Source: the human T2T-CHM13v2.0 reference genome, Homo sapiens. Taken from it: a stretch of 64,000 bases of DNA. Shown piece by piece: positions 32,536 to 47,594 of this stretch. The stretch lies in NCBI RefSeq assembly GCF_009914755.1, contig NC_060932.1; one strand, written 5' to 3'. How positions within the stretch are numbered: the stretch's first letter is position 1; each line of letters begins with the position of its first letter. The notes under the pieces were generated by a model. That model was not told the origin of the DNA. It did not search any database and saw only the letters and a list, made by a program, of their open reading frames with translations. The position numbers and the translations under genes are program-made.

Positions 32536-33589
32536 AACAGAAAAGGAAATAAACACAAAATAGCCTTTCATCTAGCCATATGAACCCATCATGAACCTAT
32601 TGAATCAATCTCCTGCAGAACTCAGGAATAATTTTTAAATAAAAAATATAATCAGTATAACCCACTTTCAGAAACTCCTTTCATGCTTTTCATAGCCTAG
32701 CCTATAAATTAAAGGGCTCTGGGCAAACAGTTAGCATTTTTTTCCCCTTGTGCATTAAGAATCTGACCACTGGATAAATTTTCTAAGCTGTTTTCCTGGA
32801 AACAGATATATCACTTAAACAAAACAGTACTGCTTCTTGTAAAATGACCCCTGTTGTTAAGAGGACTGGAGCTGGACTGGGATAACTATAGATACCTGAT
32901 GAAGATTCCTTACTTTGGGTTTTCCCGATTATGGAGACTCCTATAGTTAGCATGAGAGAAGAAGCCAAGAACCAAGAAGCAATGCCTATGGAGTTCTTGT
33001 GAGAGAGAAATGGTTCCTGAAAGGCATGAGACTTTTAAGCCATGTGGAACCTGAACCATCCAATATACATCGTCCTTCCTTGCATCTGAGCTATTTGCCA
33101 TGTAGCTGCTGCAAAGGCTCTTGCTAATGAGGAACACCCGTGATTCCTGAGTTGGCAGATGTCAAGTGTCACCAATGGTTGTCCTATGTGTCTAGTTGAG
33201 ACTAAGAAGAACCCACTCCCCTTTTACCCTTCTCCAATAGAACAAACTATTCACATTTGCCAGCCAGGATCATGTAATCTCTTTTCCCTGAGCTTTCTTG
33301 CATGTCCTTACCTCTTCTTTGTCACCTACCAATTCTCTTCCTTCAAGCTCAGCCGCAGAGTCACCTTCTCTAGGGATACCTTCACAAACCATACCCTACA
33401 CTGGGTGAAGAGCTCCTTCCTTTGGCTCCCAAATCACCACAGATCCCTCTTACCCTATGTTTTCATCATCTGTTTGTTTATCTGTTGCCTCATTATGAGC
33501 TGCTTGATCGTCATGGCTACAAGGTCATGGTAACCTTAGATGGCTGACAATCCCATTTTTTGTAAATGTAAGCTGATCCTGTCACTCAC

Positions 33590-34100
33590 ACTAGCAGGCA
33601 CTACTAGTTTCTTAGCCAAAATCTATCCTCCTTTTCTCACTAAACAGAATGGTGATATTAACTGACACCTATACCCAGACAGGCACTTCCTCAGATGCCC
33701 TTTTGGTCAGTGGTGGCCATGAGGGCCAGTTCAGTCTGAGAAGATGTTAGTGAAAGTCTAGTGAATGGAATTAGGAGAAAGATACTTTGTCCTGATTCAA
33801 AGAAATAAACTTTGCTGCCATATGCTTTTGCCCTTCACCCTTCCTGCTTCCTATATATCAGAAATATGGACATCATGTCTGATTATAGAGCAGAGATCTC
33901 ATGGTCATGAACCAGAAAAAGACAGACATACAGTAAAGATGTCAGAGAAGAGATCCTGGGAAGCCTGGGTTCTTGACGACTTCCCACAAGTAGCAGCATG
34001 AGCCAGATCTGTTGTTGCACGAGAGAAATAAAACCCTATTTGGATAAGCCATGTCGTGAGGTTTTTGTTATTCCAGCGGAACCCCATGTTAACTGGAAGA
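33590..34100 (+). mobile_element. MLT1J/K-like solo LTR
   Basis: gagagaaataaaaccctatttggataagcc...ttgttattccagc 3' end and internal MLT1 motifs. Confidence 0.7.
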
Positions 34101-34784
34101 AAACTACACATAATTTCTTCCCCCAAAACAAGATGAAATCCCAACCCATCCCCCTGACACTCCCTGCATCTCAGGGTCTGTGTACCTTATCAGTCCCACC
34201 TCCTGCCACTAGTCACACATGCTCTCTGAGCCCTAGTCATTCTAAATGTGTTAACAAGCGCCCCTGAAAACCCTGTCTTTTGCTATAGGTCCTTGTCTTT
34301 GCAAAGGTTCTTCTCTGTCCTTGGAATGCCTTTTTCCCCATGAGCTTCACCCAAAAGTATCCAACTGGCCTATCAACATGGGGGTGCATATTACCTCCTC
34401 TTTAAAGCCTTCCTTGATTCCATAGTCCCTCATTCCCCTGAACTTCCAGAGAGCACCCTATGGTTGCTTTTGTCGCAGCAATTAATAAATAACTTCCAAA
34501 TTATTTGTTTTATCATCTCCCTTCTCCACCAGAACTTGAAACCACAGAGAGCAGTGATCCTGCCTTATCAGACATTCAACATAGTGTTGAAGGGTGCTTC
34601 TAAATACACTGGCTCTACCTACCAAAGTGGTGACCCTGATCTCTAACTCTACGGATAAAATTGGGATGGCACTAGGTTAGCCACATAAGACAACCCTAGG
34701 GATATAATGCTACAAATAATAAGGGCCTTGCCCTTGGGTGAGTGTTGAGGAAGACATGAAAAGACATTTCCCATAAGGAGGGGA

Positions 34785-35609
34785 AAAACAAACCATTTTT
34801 CAATACACTCACAGATAAAACATCTCTGCCGGCAGATGTGTTGGTTTTGCACACTGAGCAATTCTGACACTAACCGCCTGGGGTCAGTGCAGACCCTGCA
34901 GGTTAAGGGCTCAGACCCTTAACTTCAGATGCCAATGGGAAGTCCAGTTGTCATCTGTGCCTCTGACTGACCAGCTCTATGTCACAGGTTCCCACAACCT
35001 CCTCATCAAGTTTAATGATTTCTTAGAACAGCTGGCAAAACTCAGGAAAACATCTACTTACATGTATCACTTTATAACAAAGGATGCAACTCAAAAAGCA
35101 CTGAAAAGAAGAGATACATCAGGCCAGGTATGGAAAGCGGTGTGGAACTTCCATGCCCTCTCCAGGCAGCCACCCTCTCAGCACTTCCACGTGTTCACCA
35201 ACCAGTGAGCCCTCTGAACCCTGTCCATGTGGGTTTTTATGGCAGTTTCACTACATAGATATGACTGAATAAATCATTGACATTGGTAATAAATTAAGTT
35301 TCCAGCCCCTCTCCTCACCCCATCCTGGAGGTTGGGAGGCCGGGGGTCTGGCAGTTCCAACCCTCTAATCACATGGTTGATCCCCCTGGCAACCAGCCCC
35401 CACTCCCCTCGTCTAGGGGCTTTCCAAAAGTCACGCCATTGATATCAATTCAGACAATGTTGATAGAGGCTTGTTATGAATCACAAAAGTTGCTACTTTC
35501 ATCTTTATTGCTCTTACCACTTAGGAAATTATAAACGTTTTAGGAGCTCTGCGTCCATAACTGAGGACTAAAATAAAAATTTATATTTCTTATATCACAA
35601 TATCATACA
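34785..35609 (-). mobile_element. MER21 (ERVL-class) solo LTR
   Basis: caattctgacactaac...ggttaagggctcag...gttccaaccctctaatcacatggttg...tcacaatatcataca. Confidence 0.85.
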
Positions 35610-36789
35610 ACCCTGGAGTTGGGCACCCTAGGGATTCAATAGATAATGCATGCAAAGTGCTTAACATAATGCCTGCTAAAATAAATTCAACAAATATTAG
35701 TTTTGGGGATGATGATGATGATTGTATCTTTGTATCCTCAGCACTGGACTTGGACTATAGTAGGTGCTTATTAATATTTTTTGGATAAATAAATGAAACA
35801 AAATTTAGGTCTTTTGTTCTTGCTTCAAAATTACATAGAGCTCTAACATCTCAATACAAAAGAACACAAAAACCAAATGATATCCCTGTGCACCTAATTT
35901 TCCCACAAAACTACCTCCTGATGTTTATCCCCCAAGGCTTACCCCATCAGGGAGGCTCAATTCCTCATTGAGACAGTCTGTTTCTGAGCACAGTGAGGCC
36001 CTGGGGCTGCCACTTTGCAGGGAGGTTCTCAGTGGTGCCAACTGTGCTGGCAGGACTGGGTCAGTAACAAACACAGCTAAACAACACGGTCATTCATTGG
36101 ATCTGGATGTCCATGAGCCTCTGGGAGTTGAGCACTGGCTCCACCATTCTTAACAATTTAATTTCCTCATGTGAATTCCATGGGGACTCCCTGGGACAAG
36201 AGAGGGCTGGAGAGAAGTGAGCAGCCATTTATAACTAGTGCTCAGCTCAGGAGAGCCTAACTTGGAGACTAGCTCTCAGCCTGTGCTAGTAGCTCAGGGG
36301 AAACCTCAAAGTTAGTTATTTTGATCTATCTGGTTCCAAAACATCATTACCTTGACATGATGGGATCGCTCTGTTTCTGTAGGCTGTTGTCATCAGGTTG
36401 TATAATAAAATCCTAATGGCAGAATTATATAAACATTTATTGTACAGCTATGGTGTGGAAGCCCTGTGGAGAAAGACAGACTGTGAAATAGGCTCAATAT
36501 TCAAGTTGTCCACACTCAAATAGGATTTTTTTAATCTAAATAAGTATCTCTACTAAAAGAGAAATAAAGAATATATGAGAGAAATAGGAAAAAATGAGAG
36601 AGGTTCAGTGGAAGAAACAAATTCAAAGGAAAGAGAAAATATTTCCTAATGGAAGAAAGCCAACATGAAACAACACTAGGATGATCTCTGCATCTCTCGT
36701 CATTTTGAGAAGCAAGTCAACTTGTCCTAGTTTGCACTGATTGCTCTGCAGGACTGTGAGTCCGTCTCTATTTAACAAGTTAGCCTTCT

Positions 36790-37415
36790 GAAACAGCTTT
36801 GGAATCAGATGCCTCTAAGTTGGAATTTGGGTTCTGAGACTGATCATCTTTGTGACTCTTGGCAGGGCACTCAACTCTCTGAGCTTCAGAATCTTCATTT
36901 GTGAAAAGAGACCAGTAAGAATGCTTTCATCTGATAAAACTGTTGTTAAGATTACAGGAGAAAACCCTTGTCTGTTGAATGAACATGTGTTTGAACACAT
37001 TGTTTAGAAGGGAAAAGAAAAAGAAACTACTGTCTGTTACCTCTGACTTCTCCCTACTCTCCCTGTTAAAAGAATTTAAGTTTGAGGAGATAGAGACCAT
37101 GCCTGCCTTGCTCTCAACAGCATCCGCAGCACACAGGATGATACTTGGCACATGCTATAGACTTGATTAAATTTCATTTACTAATAAAATAAATATTCTT
37201 TCTCAATTATGTCACATGGTATCAGGCACTTTGTTAAGTCTGTGTATGCAGTGGTTACATCAGTCAATCATCCAGGCCACCTAGGACAAAAATAGTCTTG
37301 TTATCTCCATTTTACAGACAAGAAAACAGATTCAGAAAAGTTAAAGGTTTTGCAAATCAGAGCTAGTGAGTGGCACAGTTGAAACTGGAACAGGATTTTT
37401 TGAATTCAAATGCTC
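36790..37415. mobile_element. MIR remnants (+ ~36790-36990; - ~37215-37415) with an L2 tail between
   Basis: tgtgactcttggcagggcactcaactctctgagcttcag; ctccattttacagacaagaaaacaga. Confidence 0.65.
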
Positions 37416-38378
37416 TGTTTGCATCCTTCAGGTCAATTAGCTTGCATATTACAGCTGAGCATAGCAGGGCAGAGAGTGGGTCTGAGCTAACGCCAGTGGA
37501 GCAGGCTTTTGTGAAAGCACCGATGGCTGCACCATTCCCTTAGGTGGACAGTGATTGAACTGGGTATGTTTTAGCATAGTCCTGGGAGTCTAGCCCTTCA
37601 AGGCTGGCTTCCACACTGCCTGCCCCAGTTATGCGGCTGTAACACAGCCAGCCTTTGGTCATGCTTTATTGCTTTATTCTCGCTTGAATGACAGCTCCTC
37701 CACTCTATCATTTTCACTTTCCACTTGCTCCTGCCTCTGTCCCATCAAATCCAGTGTCTGTTCAACTGGTCTCTCCCAGCAACTGGTCTCTCCCAGCCTC
37801 TTCAGGGAATTGTCCTATAAGACCAGCTCCAGAAACCAACATTTTACCATGAGTTTGTGCATCTAACAGTGCCAAGGCCAGACCTAACTTTAGAAGAAAT
37901 GATTGGAATAGTCAGGCATTAGATGGGAGTACAAGATAAATAAGTCAATGGCCTCCCCTGGAGGAGTTCACCATCTGGAGAAGGAGGGTGTGGAATTGTT
38001 CAGTTCAGAGATGGACATTAGTGTATGGGCTACATTGTCAGCACATAGGGCAGAGGAGTCCATACCACATCATGCCCAAGCTTCAGCTGAAAGATGCAAA
38101 AGAGATTCCCAGACTATAGAGGGAGGATGGAAAGGAAGTGCCACTTCAGCAGAGGCGGCATGAGTGTAGGCCGTGCAGGAGTGACACCTTGCTGGTTTCC
38201 AAAGATGTGGGAAACAACAAGGTCCATAGGGTATCTGCATGGGGTGAGGAAGTGTAGGGAAGAGGGAAATAGGGAAGAGCGTGTTGAAGTACGTGGCCAC
38301 GAGGGCCATCAAGAGCCTGCTCAGAAGATGCCTGTAATCTTTGTCAGACTCTGTAATTTAGGGAAATGAGCATCCTAC

Positions 38379-38561
38379 CAGGGTTGACTTTATGAGTGCA
38401 TGCCCTATGTAGTCACAGAGGATCCCATACCATGCTTAGAAGAGCCCTCCCTTCGGTTAATTGCTCTGTTGTTACCATCTTGATATTAATAATAATTTTT
38501 AACAAGGGGCTCCACCTCTTCATTTTGCAGCTGGCCCTGCAAGTTTTGTAGCCAATCCCAG
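38379..38561. mobile_element. MER91-like hAT MITE
   Basis: cagggttgacttt...ttttaacaaggggctcc...cattttgcagctggccctgcaa. Confidence 0.65.
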
Positions 38562-38574
38562 GTCCTACCTAGTA

Positions 38575-38810
38575 ACAGTAGCTTACACTTCCTAGTGTTT
38601 ATATATAGTATGCCAGTCACTGTTTAAATGTTTTTCATATGTTAACTCATTTAATCCTCAAAATACTCCATTAGGTAGACATATTGTTCTTGCATTGTTT
38701 GATGAAAGGATTTATGCTCAGATTAGTTAACAAACTTGACCAATGCCAGTAGCAAAGTTAGGATTAAACCCAGTTTTCTGGCTTCAGAGCCAGTGTTCCT
38801 ATCCACTCAC
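38575..38810 (-). mobile_element. MIR SINE
   Basis: taactcatttaatcctcaaaatactcc...ctggcttcagagcc. Confidence 0.75.
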
Positions 38811-41800
38811 ATTGGGTCTCTTCATTTTACATTTTCACCATGGAGTAGTACTCTGAGATACCCACATTTTTAGAAAAAAATGTTGTTAAACTATTTTAGC
38901 TTCCATCCACCCACCCATGCACCCATCCATCCATCTACCCAAGAATTCATTTAATGACTCCATAAGCCACATTTTTCTACAAAACCTGTGCCAATATAGT
39001 ACCTAGACTTAGGTGCCTCAATGAATTTTGCTTTAATAAATGGAAGAGACTATATTTCAGGAACAATCAATTTAAAATTTGAAAAAAAAAAATCTCACTG
39101 TCTCTAAGAAACAGAGATGGACTTAAATCAATGCTTAAAGTGCAAAAGTTAACATTTCTTGAGTCTTGCTATGGGTCACATTTCTAACCACATTTCTTCT
39201 TGTGTTTGTTCTTTAATCCTAACAAAAATTTGAAGGAGGCACCATTTTATTTTTTATCCCAACTTTACACATGAAGAAATGGAAGTACAGAGAGGCTGAG
39301 CAACCTGTCCTGGGTAACACAGCTAACCAGGAGAGGAGCGAGGCTTTGAGCGACGTGTTACCACACAACCCACAGGCTGTCAGGCCTCCAAGCTGGGGTC
39401 TTAGCCAAGCTGCTGTGGGAGCAGAAAGACAATGAATTCAACCATCAGAGGGGTGGGAAATGCCTTTTCAGAAAAGATGGCAACTGAGGTGAATCTGAAT
39501 CCATGAGGAGGCTGCCCAGATGAAGGTGGGGTTTGTACATGTGTTTACAGGTGCCTGTGTAACAGAGAGAGAGGGAGAGAGACAGGAGAGGCAATAATAT
39601 CATATTGTGCTAAAATTATAAATAGATGTACCAGCTCCCTCTTTGGGGGTACCTCACCCTCTGTACCCCTGGAAGCCATAATCAGGACCCCAAAAATACT
39701 TGCAAGGACAACTTCCAGCTCAGGGCACACTGCTCATTCCTGCAGTGACCCTATGCAAGCCTCAATTGCATTCCACTGGGTGTCAATCCAGTCTCAGTTT
39801 TAACTTAGAATGAGATGCCTCTTAAAGCAGTATATTGATTTTCAGTCTAGGTATACACTATACGTTACATTTGCATCCCAGGAGTTTTGACACATACATT
39901 AATCACTGAATTTTGAATAAAAATATCTAGGGGGACACTGAATGAAGCCATACAAATAAGAAAGAGCAGATCTGCAATTTTAGTAAATGCTCCTTTTTTC
40001 CAGTTTGTTTCAAGAAAGTCAATAAAGTATAAAGTGAAAGGATGAACACCTAATATTTTGACTGCTCATCTGAGCAAGCAGGGAGGACATAGATTTCTCT
40101 GGATGTCTTTTTCTTTTTTTAGCCTAAGCAGGATTCTAATTCTATGAGTTTTTTTCAAGTAAATGTGCCTGCAACCCTTCACGCAGACCTGATATGAGGG
40201 ATCCTCAAATAAATCCCCTCCTCCAAGTTAAACAGGAGCTCTAGTCCTTTCTCAAGTTCACACAGCTGGGTGGCTAAAGGCAAGCAATCTTGAGTAAATA
40301 GGGTATTTTGAGGTTTTATTTGGGTTTCTTTATTGGCTGAGAGGGAAATGGTTTGTTTTACTTTCATGATTTATAGCTGAATTTTGAATACCCTTCACAG
40401 GGGATATCTACAGTGCAGCCGGGAAGGAATAAGTTTTGAGATCAAACAAATTTGGGGATCAGCTTCTGGCGACTGTGTGACTGTGAACAGTATTTTGCCC
40501 TCTTGGCTTTTATTTTTTTAGGGCTAATGATGGCCCTGCATGAAGATGACATAAAAGTTTCACCTGGGGAAGTACTTTCTACAGTCTACAGCTCATAGTA
40601 GGGGCTTAGAAAGAGCTTCCTTTTCCTCTCACGCACACCACTTCCTAATTCAATGTTAATCTGTCGCTGAAAAATGGTTTTATTATCATTCTTTTTCTCC
40701 AACATCCACATGCTTTTGAAAAGAAGAGGGGAAAGGAAGAAAAAAAAAGAAACCTGGGAGAATCTCATTCTGTTATTCAGAAGCAATTATATTAATATTC
40801 ATTTTATTCTCCCAAAAGGCCAACACAAGCTGGCCTGTTAAAATACCAAGCTTGATGAATTCTACCTTGGGCACAAGAGTCCATGGATAATCTTATCTTT
40901 ATACATTTCCTTTAAACAAACTAAAAATGCAATTTATTATTCAGTGCATTTTATATTCTGAGTTAAAATCAACGAGGTTTCACCAAAGCCACCAATTCAG
41001 TTGCCTTCTCTCCCCTTGCAACAACACCTCAGCTAAGATGATGTGTGCTCCAGAAATTAATTTTCCAGATAACTAATATCAAGTCCTTTAAACACCAAAT
41101 AGTTTTATATTTAATTTTAGTAATTTCTGATGTAATCTATTTTAGAAATTATACTCTTATTTCAGCAGAGTTTACAGACTGTAATTTCGATTTTCTTTTA
41201 TGACTCATTGTCACACTTCTGAACATAAGCTACTGCTCAGTGTTGTCATGGGTTGATGGCCTCAAAGATCCCTAAGGCATAACCATTTCCAAAGCCACAC
41301 AAGGTCCCAGAGTCTTCCCTAATGATATTCCCTTCGTCCATCCCATCCAGAGTTTCCATTCAAGGAAGAGTCGCATCGAGGTTCCTCAGTTTTCAGAGTG
41401 GAATGACAATCCGCCATCCTCTTGGTTGATATTAAGTACATACACAGATCAGCCTTTAGTCAGAATAAACATTGATTAATCTCCTACTATGTGCCAAGTA
41501 TTACAATAGAAGCTGTTTAATTTTATTTTTATGCAAATTTTATTAAAAATTCCTCATAGGTTGTGTATTATCATTATTTTAGAGATAAAGGAACTAAGGT
41601 TAATACAGTTAAAGCAACACGATTGAAGTCTTTCAATCTCCTAGGGAGAAACTGAGGTTACAATCAGGTTATTGGGAAAAGTACTGCTGAAATTCCACAC
41701 CATGAAACCCATGTGGGTAAGGAGGGGAGTTATAAAAAAGAGGGCTAAAGAACTGAGGGAAATAGGGGAGATCACTGGGCCAGAGGAATCCAGGCAATCA

Positions 41801-42404
41801 AAGAACAGCAATAGTAGGAAAACTCAAAAAGCAAGCTAAGAGACGAGGCCATGTTCGACAGATCATCTGGAATGCAAAACAAGTATGATATGTGAGTGAG
41901 TGTGTGGCTAAGGGGAGTAGAAGAAAAGCTATCTGAGTAGAAGGTGGGATCCAGGATGGTTTAGGGGTCACCTACTTAGACTTGGAAAGCCTCCTAGGTA
42001 ATTGCAGAAGTGGCTGGTAAACAAAACCAAGCTTCAGGTACCAAAATGATCAGTGAGTGGAGAGTAATGTGTGAACAGCTAATGCAACCCCACCAGGCTG
42101 GAAGGTACTGGTGTAGCTGGCATCCCGTTGCACTTTTGCTGGTCAGTAGATGCTTTTAAGAGACAAGCAGAAGGAGTGGCTAAGTCGGGATGAAAATCCA
42201 CGTAGGGTTCCTCAGGTTCCAAGCATGGCAAAGTTTCAGGAGACATTTTTGCAGTATTTCATGACTCATTCCCTCAGGGCACAGGCATTTTCAGAGGATC
42301 AGAGGGTAGTAGGGCTGAATGATATGAGTCCCAAAGAATGAGCCCTGGGGAATGTGTGTGTCTTAAAGGAAGACCTGGAGGGCTGTAATTGAAATACTAA
42401 TTAA

Positions 42405-42816
42405 TGTAGTGGATGCTACTGCTGACCCACCTGGTCCCCTCTACTGAGCTGGCACTCTATCACCCAGTTGATTTTTTGGCTGCTAGCAGCCTGCAGTTGC
42501 TTTGTTCTTCCGAGAATTGCCCACAGCTGACGGGAGCTGCTTTTCCCAGAAATACTTGGGAGGATACGCTGCCAGAGCTGAGTCTACAGTGACAACAGCC
42601 TGGGCCCTGGCCTCAAGGAGGAAGACTGTGTGGGCCATGTGTGTCCCAGGGCATCCTGTGCCATCAGGCTGAGACTAGATATCCATGGCTGTCCTCTCCC
42701 TTGTCTAATACTGCTTCCCTCTCTCTCTGAGGTTTCAACTGAAGGTACCTGCTCAGCCAATCACTTGCACAAGAATCTCCATTTCAGTTTCTGCATCTGA
42801 GGAACCAGACCTAAGG
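42405..42816 (+). mobile_element. LTR16-family (ERVL) solo LTR
   Basis: tgtagtggatgct...gagaattgccc...atcacttgcacaagaatctccatttcag...ggaaccagacctaag. Confidence 0.75.
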
Positions 42817-42887
42817 TGGAGTAAGCAGGACCTCTCCACGAAGACCTAGTAACTACCCAGGGTCCCTTGGCTAACAAACATCAGAAA

Positions 42888-43092
42888 TAGGGTGACCAAC
42901 TCATCTGTGTTGTCTAGGACCAAGAAGGTTCCTGGGATGAAGGACTTTCAGTTTTCTTTTCTTTTTTTTTTTAATTATACTTTAAGTTCTAGGGTACATG
43001 TGCACAACGTGCCGGTTTGTTACATATGTATACATGTGCCAGTTTTCAAACTGGAACAGTCCCTCTCAAAATGGTACAAGTTGATTACTCTA
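42888..43092. mobile_element. MER94/MER81-like hAT-Blackjack MITE interrupted by an L1 fragment
   Basis: Termini tagggtgaccaac ... gttgattactcta. Confidence 0.7.
42957..43039 (-). mobile_element. Extremely 5'-truncated L1PA (83 bp)
   Basis: T tract + aattatactttaagttctagggtacatgtgcacaacgtgc; TSD cagttttc at 42949-42956 and 43040-43047. Confidence 0.92.
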
Positions 43093-43683
43093 ATCAGAAC
43101 TTGGATTCAAACCAAAGTCTGCCTCACTCTAAAGGTTGCGATTTTCATTTACATGACCCTGTCTCACTAATACTCAGAAGACCTGCTGTTTTAGTTTTCA
43201 CCAGAGAATAAAATCACTTTGTGAAGTCCATGCAGGGACATCTGCAGGCTCCAAAGCAGCCCCATCCCACTTGCAGAAAAGGCATTCTTAGCTGGTCACG
43301 GAGGACTTAGGAGATCCATACCTTCCCGCCAGCCCCCATGGGACTACTTTTTTTTTTTCTGAGAAGAGTGGCTACAGATTTTATCAGATGCTCAAAGTGA
43401 TCCGGGACTTAATTAAGGTTAAGAACAATTGTCTAAGAAAACATTGCTTTTATCTCTGGATTAAGCAGAACAGTGGGGTGCTGTACTTACATCTGATGCT
43501 TAATGTCTCAAGCAGAGCTGTTTCCCAGTAAATGGCCCAGCACCCACCCGTGCATTCACAGCAGCATGGTGGGTGGGAGCTGTCCACTGCATTCCTCAAA
43601 CTACTCTCATCCAAGCCCTAGGTGTGTGTGGGGGCGGGGGCGGGGCAGGGGCTGGGCAGGGGTGGTACTTCTTTTCTGTTTCA

Positions 43684-44057
<374 letters not shown>

Positions 44058-44624
44058 TCATCCCTAGGGGGCAGGTGTCCAGCAGCAAGCAACCAGCCTA
44101 CAAGGTGCCCCTGAACTGGAAGGCCACCTTCTGACCCAGGAACTGTAAATGGTGCTTAAATAGGGCTGCAGTTATTACTTTTTAAACGTAAAAGTATTAT
44201 TTTATTATTGATGATTTCTGCATGTATCCTTCTATTTTTTGACAAACATTTATTGCACGCTAAATGGGTGTCAGGAACTATTCTAAGGGTTTTGTGCAGC
44301 TATGAGTACAGCAAAGTCCTTGCACCGTGGGAGGTCACATCTTGCAGAGGAGATAATAGAAAACAAATAAACCGATGCATCTCTACTATTTCAGATAATG
44401 ATATGATAATGAATTCTTTTGAGGAAAAAAAAAAAAGCAAGCTTGGTGGCTAGAGACTACACAGGGTTATTTAACTAGGTTGTCCAGAGACATCACTACA
44501 AAGAGGGGACTTAGGTGAGGAAAGGGAGTGAGCCACAGGAACATCAGGGGATGATCTGTCCCAACCAGCAGTGTAGACACAAAAGGAAAAATCCCTAAGG
44601 CCAGAGGAAGCCAGATAGTGTGCG

Positions 44625-44960
<336 letters not shown>

Positions 44961-45019
44961 TTTGTTTGATTTTTTGAATGAGCAGTAGTGTAGCCCTTGT
45001 GGGTCTAAAGGAACACCTT

Positions 45020-46120
45020 TGCTTCCTCTACCTCTATACTTCTCCTAGCCAATCACTGCTACTCCCAGGTTCTCAGTTATCATCTACGTGCTGAGGATTC
45101 CCTAAGTCTGTGTATTCCGCCAAACTCTTTTCTGAGTTTGATTGATATTGCCTAAAATGTATGTGGATGTCATCAGAGACCTGAAACTCCACGCATTCAA
45201 AACAGAACTCATCATTTCCTCCTGAAAACCTGTTCTTTCCCCTGTGTCCCCAGGCCAGTGAACAGCAGCAAAGCCAATCCATCAGACTAGGTCAGAAAAT
45301 GGAGCATCATCCTGGAGCAGAGGTATTCTTCACTCTTGGACCCTGTATGTCAAGATTCTACTGACTGAATATTTCTCAAGTTGGTCCTCCTGTCTCCGTC
45401 TCTATTACCTTAACCTAGGTTTGGGCCATCTTTATGTCTAGGTACCCTAAATTTCCTGAAATAGACTCCCACCCAGTCTCCATGCCTCCTGTCTAATTTA
45501 CTTTTCTCCAATGCATTCTTTATATTGCAACCAGAATGGACCATTCCAAAATGCATGTTTGTATCTGTCATCTCCCAGTTTAAGATCTTTCCACCCCTCC
45601 CATTAGCTTCCAGATAAAGAATAAATCCATTCACAAAGTGTCCAAGGGCCTGCACACCCAGCCTCTACTCACCTCTCCAGCCTTTTAGCTTCCCACCCCT
45701 GTCTCAAGTTCTTCACCCACACTCTCTCTGAGCCCACACATCCTACTGCCTGCAATACTCTCTCAACCCCTGCTCTCCACCCTGGCTTTCTTCCATGTGA
45801 AACAGCTCCCCCGACTCCTTATCCCACGTTTATCTATGTAACTCCTACTTTCCATTCATGTCTCATATTCGATACCTCTTCCTCCAGGAAGCCCCTCGTG
45901 GCATTCCCAAGTGGGGTTAGGTGTCCTTCTCTGCTCTCAGGTCTTATCTCTATCATAGCTTTGCCACTGTATATTATAACTGCTTCTCTACTTGTTTGTC
46001 TTTTTTAGAAGTTATAAACTTCTTAAGCATATAAACATTATCTTCTTTATCTTGGCCCCCTTCAAGCTTCTATAACAGAGGATGGGGCATAATAGGCACT
46101 TTGGAAATAAAATTTTTGTT
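45020..46120 (+). mobile_element. L2a LINE 3' region
   Basis: ctgaaactccacgcattcaaaacagaactcatcatttcc...cctcttcctccaggaagccc; 3' end near 46120. Confidence 0.75.
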
Positions 46121-46825
46121 GACTGCCTTCATTTCACAATTGGGAAAAGAAGTCCAGGGAGGTTAAGTTCCTGCTTAAAGAACACAGCTAATTCATATCA
46201 GAGTTAACCCTAGAGTACCTGTATTCAAGTTTTGATCCAATTTTCTTTCAGATACCAGACTCCACATAAAAGATAAAACCTAGTTCTTAATCTCATAAGT
46301 ACAGAGTCTAGGAGGGACTCAAGATCTAGACAAGAAAGCTACAGACTGCGAAGGTCAAGCCACAGGGTTGCACTGAGTGTTGGAGAGGAACACAGGGACC
46401 TGCAGGGCCCATCAGGAAAGTGAGCCTAGCCCTGGAGACATGGAAGAGGGCATGCCTGGTTGGGAGAACAGAGTGAGCCATGCTCAGACAGACAGACGGG
46501 TGGATAAGGGCCTTATCTGCCATCCTAGCAAGAGAACTTCCACCACAGGAACTTCCTGTCGAAACAGCTGCACCAGGAAGACACTCCCACAAAGGAAGCC
46601 TACACCACTCTGCCTCTAGATTATCCATATGCAAAGAGTTCATCCCACCACTACCTCCCTCCAGCTACCTGGGATGACACTCACCTCTTCTCTTCACTCT
46701 CCTTGCCCATCTTCCCCATAATAACTGAAAACTAAAGACTGTAAGTTACAGTTATTCTAAGTAACTGAGAATATGACTTAGAGAATATGACGTCACTTCA
46801 ACGTCTGCTAAATATAATGAAATTA

Positions 46826-47185
<360 letters not shown>

Positions 47186-47594
47186 AATATTTCCTATATC
47201 ACAAAGCCCAACAACAAAAGCTATATCATCAATTAAAACATAGGGCAAGACTTTAAAGAATGGGGTGGAAAGAATATGTCTAAAGTGACAAAGAAAGTGA
47301 ACAGCAGAACTCAACCAGGCCCACACCCTCCAGTGTCTAGCTGGAGACCCCTCTAACAATAAATCTATAGTTTTCCGTGTCCCAAGAAATGTTTCATAAG
47401 AAATTTGATCTTGGTAGTCTTGCTATCCAATTGCCTAGTAATGCCTGGAATATTGCAGCTATGTAGGAAATAGTCACTTAATTCTAACCCACAATTTGGA
47501 ACATGTCATTGTTTCTCCCTCAATCGTTTCCTCATTTTCTAATTCCCAGTCAATGCTGGGACCAGCATCTACTCTGGCACGGAGGCAATCCTAC

